From contig CAWEHK010000008.1 in the NCBI GenBank assembly GCA_963808625.1, positions 192,001 to 256,000 on the forward strand: a DNA stretch of 64,000 nt, in the 5' to 3' direction. Source of the DNA: an uncultured delta proteobacterium. GTDB lineage: Bacteria > Desulfobacterota > Syntrophobacteria > Syntrophobacterales > Syntrophobacteraceae. Under the pieces are notes generated by a model that ran no database searches, was not told the origin of the DNA, and saw only the letters and a list, made by a program, of their open reading frames with translations. Positions 62,442 to 64,000 of this stretch are shown one piece after another. Position numbers and translations under genes: made by a program. Positions within the stretch are counted from its first letter, which is position 1, and each line of letters starts with the position of its first letter.

Positions 62442-64000
62442 TCAGGGAAGGCGAGCTGGAACTCTTCTGAAGCGCCGAGGCACGGGAAGATCCGGGCATT
62501 GTTTTTCGTAGGGAAGATCGGGGATATACCGCCGCCACTCGTTTTCGCTCAAATTACACGTTAGCTTGGCGCAGACCAGTTCAAGCCAGGCATCCGGCCC
62601 GTCCCACAAGTGGAGCGTCTTATCCCGACTCCCTGAGACGATGCTCTTGCCATCGGGGCTGAAGGCTACACCATATACCCCTTCCTTATGATCGCTTAAG
62701 GGCTCACCGATAGGTTGACCGGTTTGAGCGTCCCACAGCCGCAGCGTCCTGTCCGCACTTCCCGAGACGATGTACCGGCCATCCGAGCTGAAGGCTACGC
62801 TGAGTACCTCGTTGTCATGGCAGCACAAGGACTCTGTGATGGGCTTGGCACTTGGGCTGAAGGCCGGGCTATACTCCATTCGCCAATGACCGCGCGGGCG
62901 TGGCATGTCGTCGTCCGTTGAAATTTTGGGAATATGGTAGGGGGACACAAAGCGCCCATGATCGCGCAGGATCTCGCTGACATGCCACAGCCGCACCGAC
63001 TTGTCCCAACTTCCGGAGACGATGCGTTGGCCATCAGGGCTGAAGGCTACGCTATTTACTCCGCCGTCGTGGCCGCGCAGGGGCTCACCGACAGGTTGAC
63101 CGGTTTGAGCGTCCCACAGCCGTAACGTCTGGTCCCCACTTCCGGAGACGATGCGTTGGCCATCAGGGCTGAAGGCTACGCTATTTACTCCGCCGTCGTG
63201 GCCGCGCAGGGGCTCACCGACAGGTTGACCGGTTTGAGCGTCCCACAGCCGTAACGTCTGGTCCCCACTTCCGGAGACGATGCGTTGGCCATCAGGGCTG
63301 AAGGCTACGCTAAACACCACCCCCTCATGGCCGCGCAGGGGCTCACCGATAAGTCGACCGGTTATAGCATCCCACAGACGCACCGTCTGGTCCCCACCTC
63401 CAGAGACAATGCGTTGGCCATCAGGGCTGAAGGCTACGCTAAACACCACCCCCTCATGGCCGCGCAGGGGATCGCCAAGGGGCTGACCCGTTTGAGCATC
63501 CCACAGCCGCAATGTCTTGTCCCCACTTCCTGAGACGATGCGCTTGCCATCAGGGCTGAAGGCCACACCATTCACCTGGTCCTCATGACGGAACCGGGGA
63601 TTACCGATGGGGTGGCCGCTTTGAACATCCCAGAGCCGCACCGTCCAGTCATAACTTCCTGAGACGATGCACTTGCCATCCGGGCTGAAGGCTACACCAG
63701 ACACCGCCTTTTCATGGCCAGACAGGGGCTCGCCGATGGGTTGACCGCTTTGGGCATCCCACAGCCGCACCGTCCAGTCATAACTTCCTGACACGATGCG
63801 TTTCCCATCACGACTGAAGGCTACACCAGACACCACGTCTTGATGGCCAAGCAGGGGCTTGCCGACAGGCTGACCGCTTCGAGCATCCCAAAGCCGCACC
63901 GTAGTGTCCCAACTTCCAGAGACAATGCGCTTGCCATCAGGGCTAAAGGCTACGCTAAGCACCGAGTTCTCATGGCCGCGCAGGGGCTTGCCGATGGGTT
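62442..64000 (-). CDS. C-terminal part of a WD40-repeat protein (5' end outside window)
   Basis: About 10 GH...[21 protein letters not shown] repeats of 43 aa, ending with C.KL..NLS..EW..YIP..PY.K.CP. Confidence 0.93.
   Translation of the reverse strand, partial: PIGKPLRGHENSVLSVAFSPDGKRIVSGSWDTTVRLWDARSGQPVGKPLLGHQDVVSGVAFSRDGKRIVSGSYDWTVRLWDAQSGQPIGEPLSGHEKAVSGVAFSPDGKCIVSGSYDWTVRLWDVQSGHPIGNPRFRHEDQVNGVAFSPDGKRIVSGSGDKTLRLWDAQTGQPLGDPLRGHEGVVFSVAFSPDGQRIVSGGGDQTVRLWDAITGRLIGEPLRGHEGVVFSVAFSPDGQRIVSGSGDQTLRLWDAQTGQPVGEPLRGHDGGVNSVAFSPDGQRIVSGSGDQTLRLWDAQTGQPVGEPLRGHDGGVNSVAFSPDGQRIVSGSWDKSVRLWHVSEILRDHGRFVSPYHIPKISTDDDMPRPRGHWRMEYSPAFSPSAKPITESLCCHDNEVLSVAFSSDGRYIVSGSADRTLRLWDAQTGQPIGEPLSDHKEGVYGVAFSPDGKSIVSGSRDKTLHLWDGPDAWLELVCAKLTCNLSENEWRRYIPDLPYEKQCPDLPVPRRFRRVPARLP

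Overview
This is a GC-rich (roughly 55-60% by eye) bacterial window whose gene content points to a syntrophic or sulfate-reducing Desulfobacterota, Syntrophobacteraceae-like (inference). About 20 single-base indels split otherwise intact genes, consistent with long-read error, so several ORF-track calls are fragments or false fusions. From left to right it contains: an O-methyltransferase and a PNPOx-like gene; a 1,488-bp tandem duplication of a secreted Cys-rich protein with a long conserved leader; tRNA-Ala(CGC); and two paralogous hdrA-mvhD-metV-metF operons. Both mvhD genes carry an in-frame UGA plus a conserved SECIS-like hairpin, one HdrA carries an inserted GltD/NfnB-like NAD(P)H module, and a third divergent MetF leads operon 2. 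Next come PAS kinases, a CBS-DUF47-PiT phosphate locus with a kinase-less PhoR-like sensor, and a ~30-kb region with two TauE/SafE (TSUP) operons. Those operons are accompanied by small membrane proteins, PEP-synthase-like dikinases lacking the PEP-binding barrel, USPs, two-component genes and a sigma-54 activator. The window ends with a 2,081-aa surface protein (nested PPC/Ig/VWA, 14 near-identical 40-aa repeats, 5 FN3, FGE/CLec end), an MNT-HEPN pair and a WD40 protein; a BrnT-BrnA pair sits between the two hdrA operons. Intergenic DNA is full of heptamer tracts, a dispersed composite element and GTCATTCCC..GGGAATGAC palindromes. Family calls come from motif recognition, not database searches.
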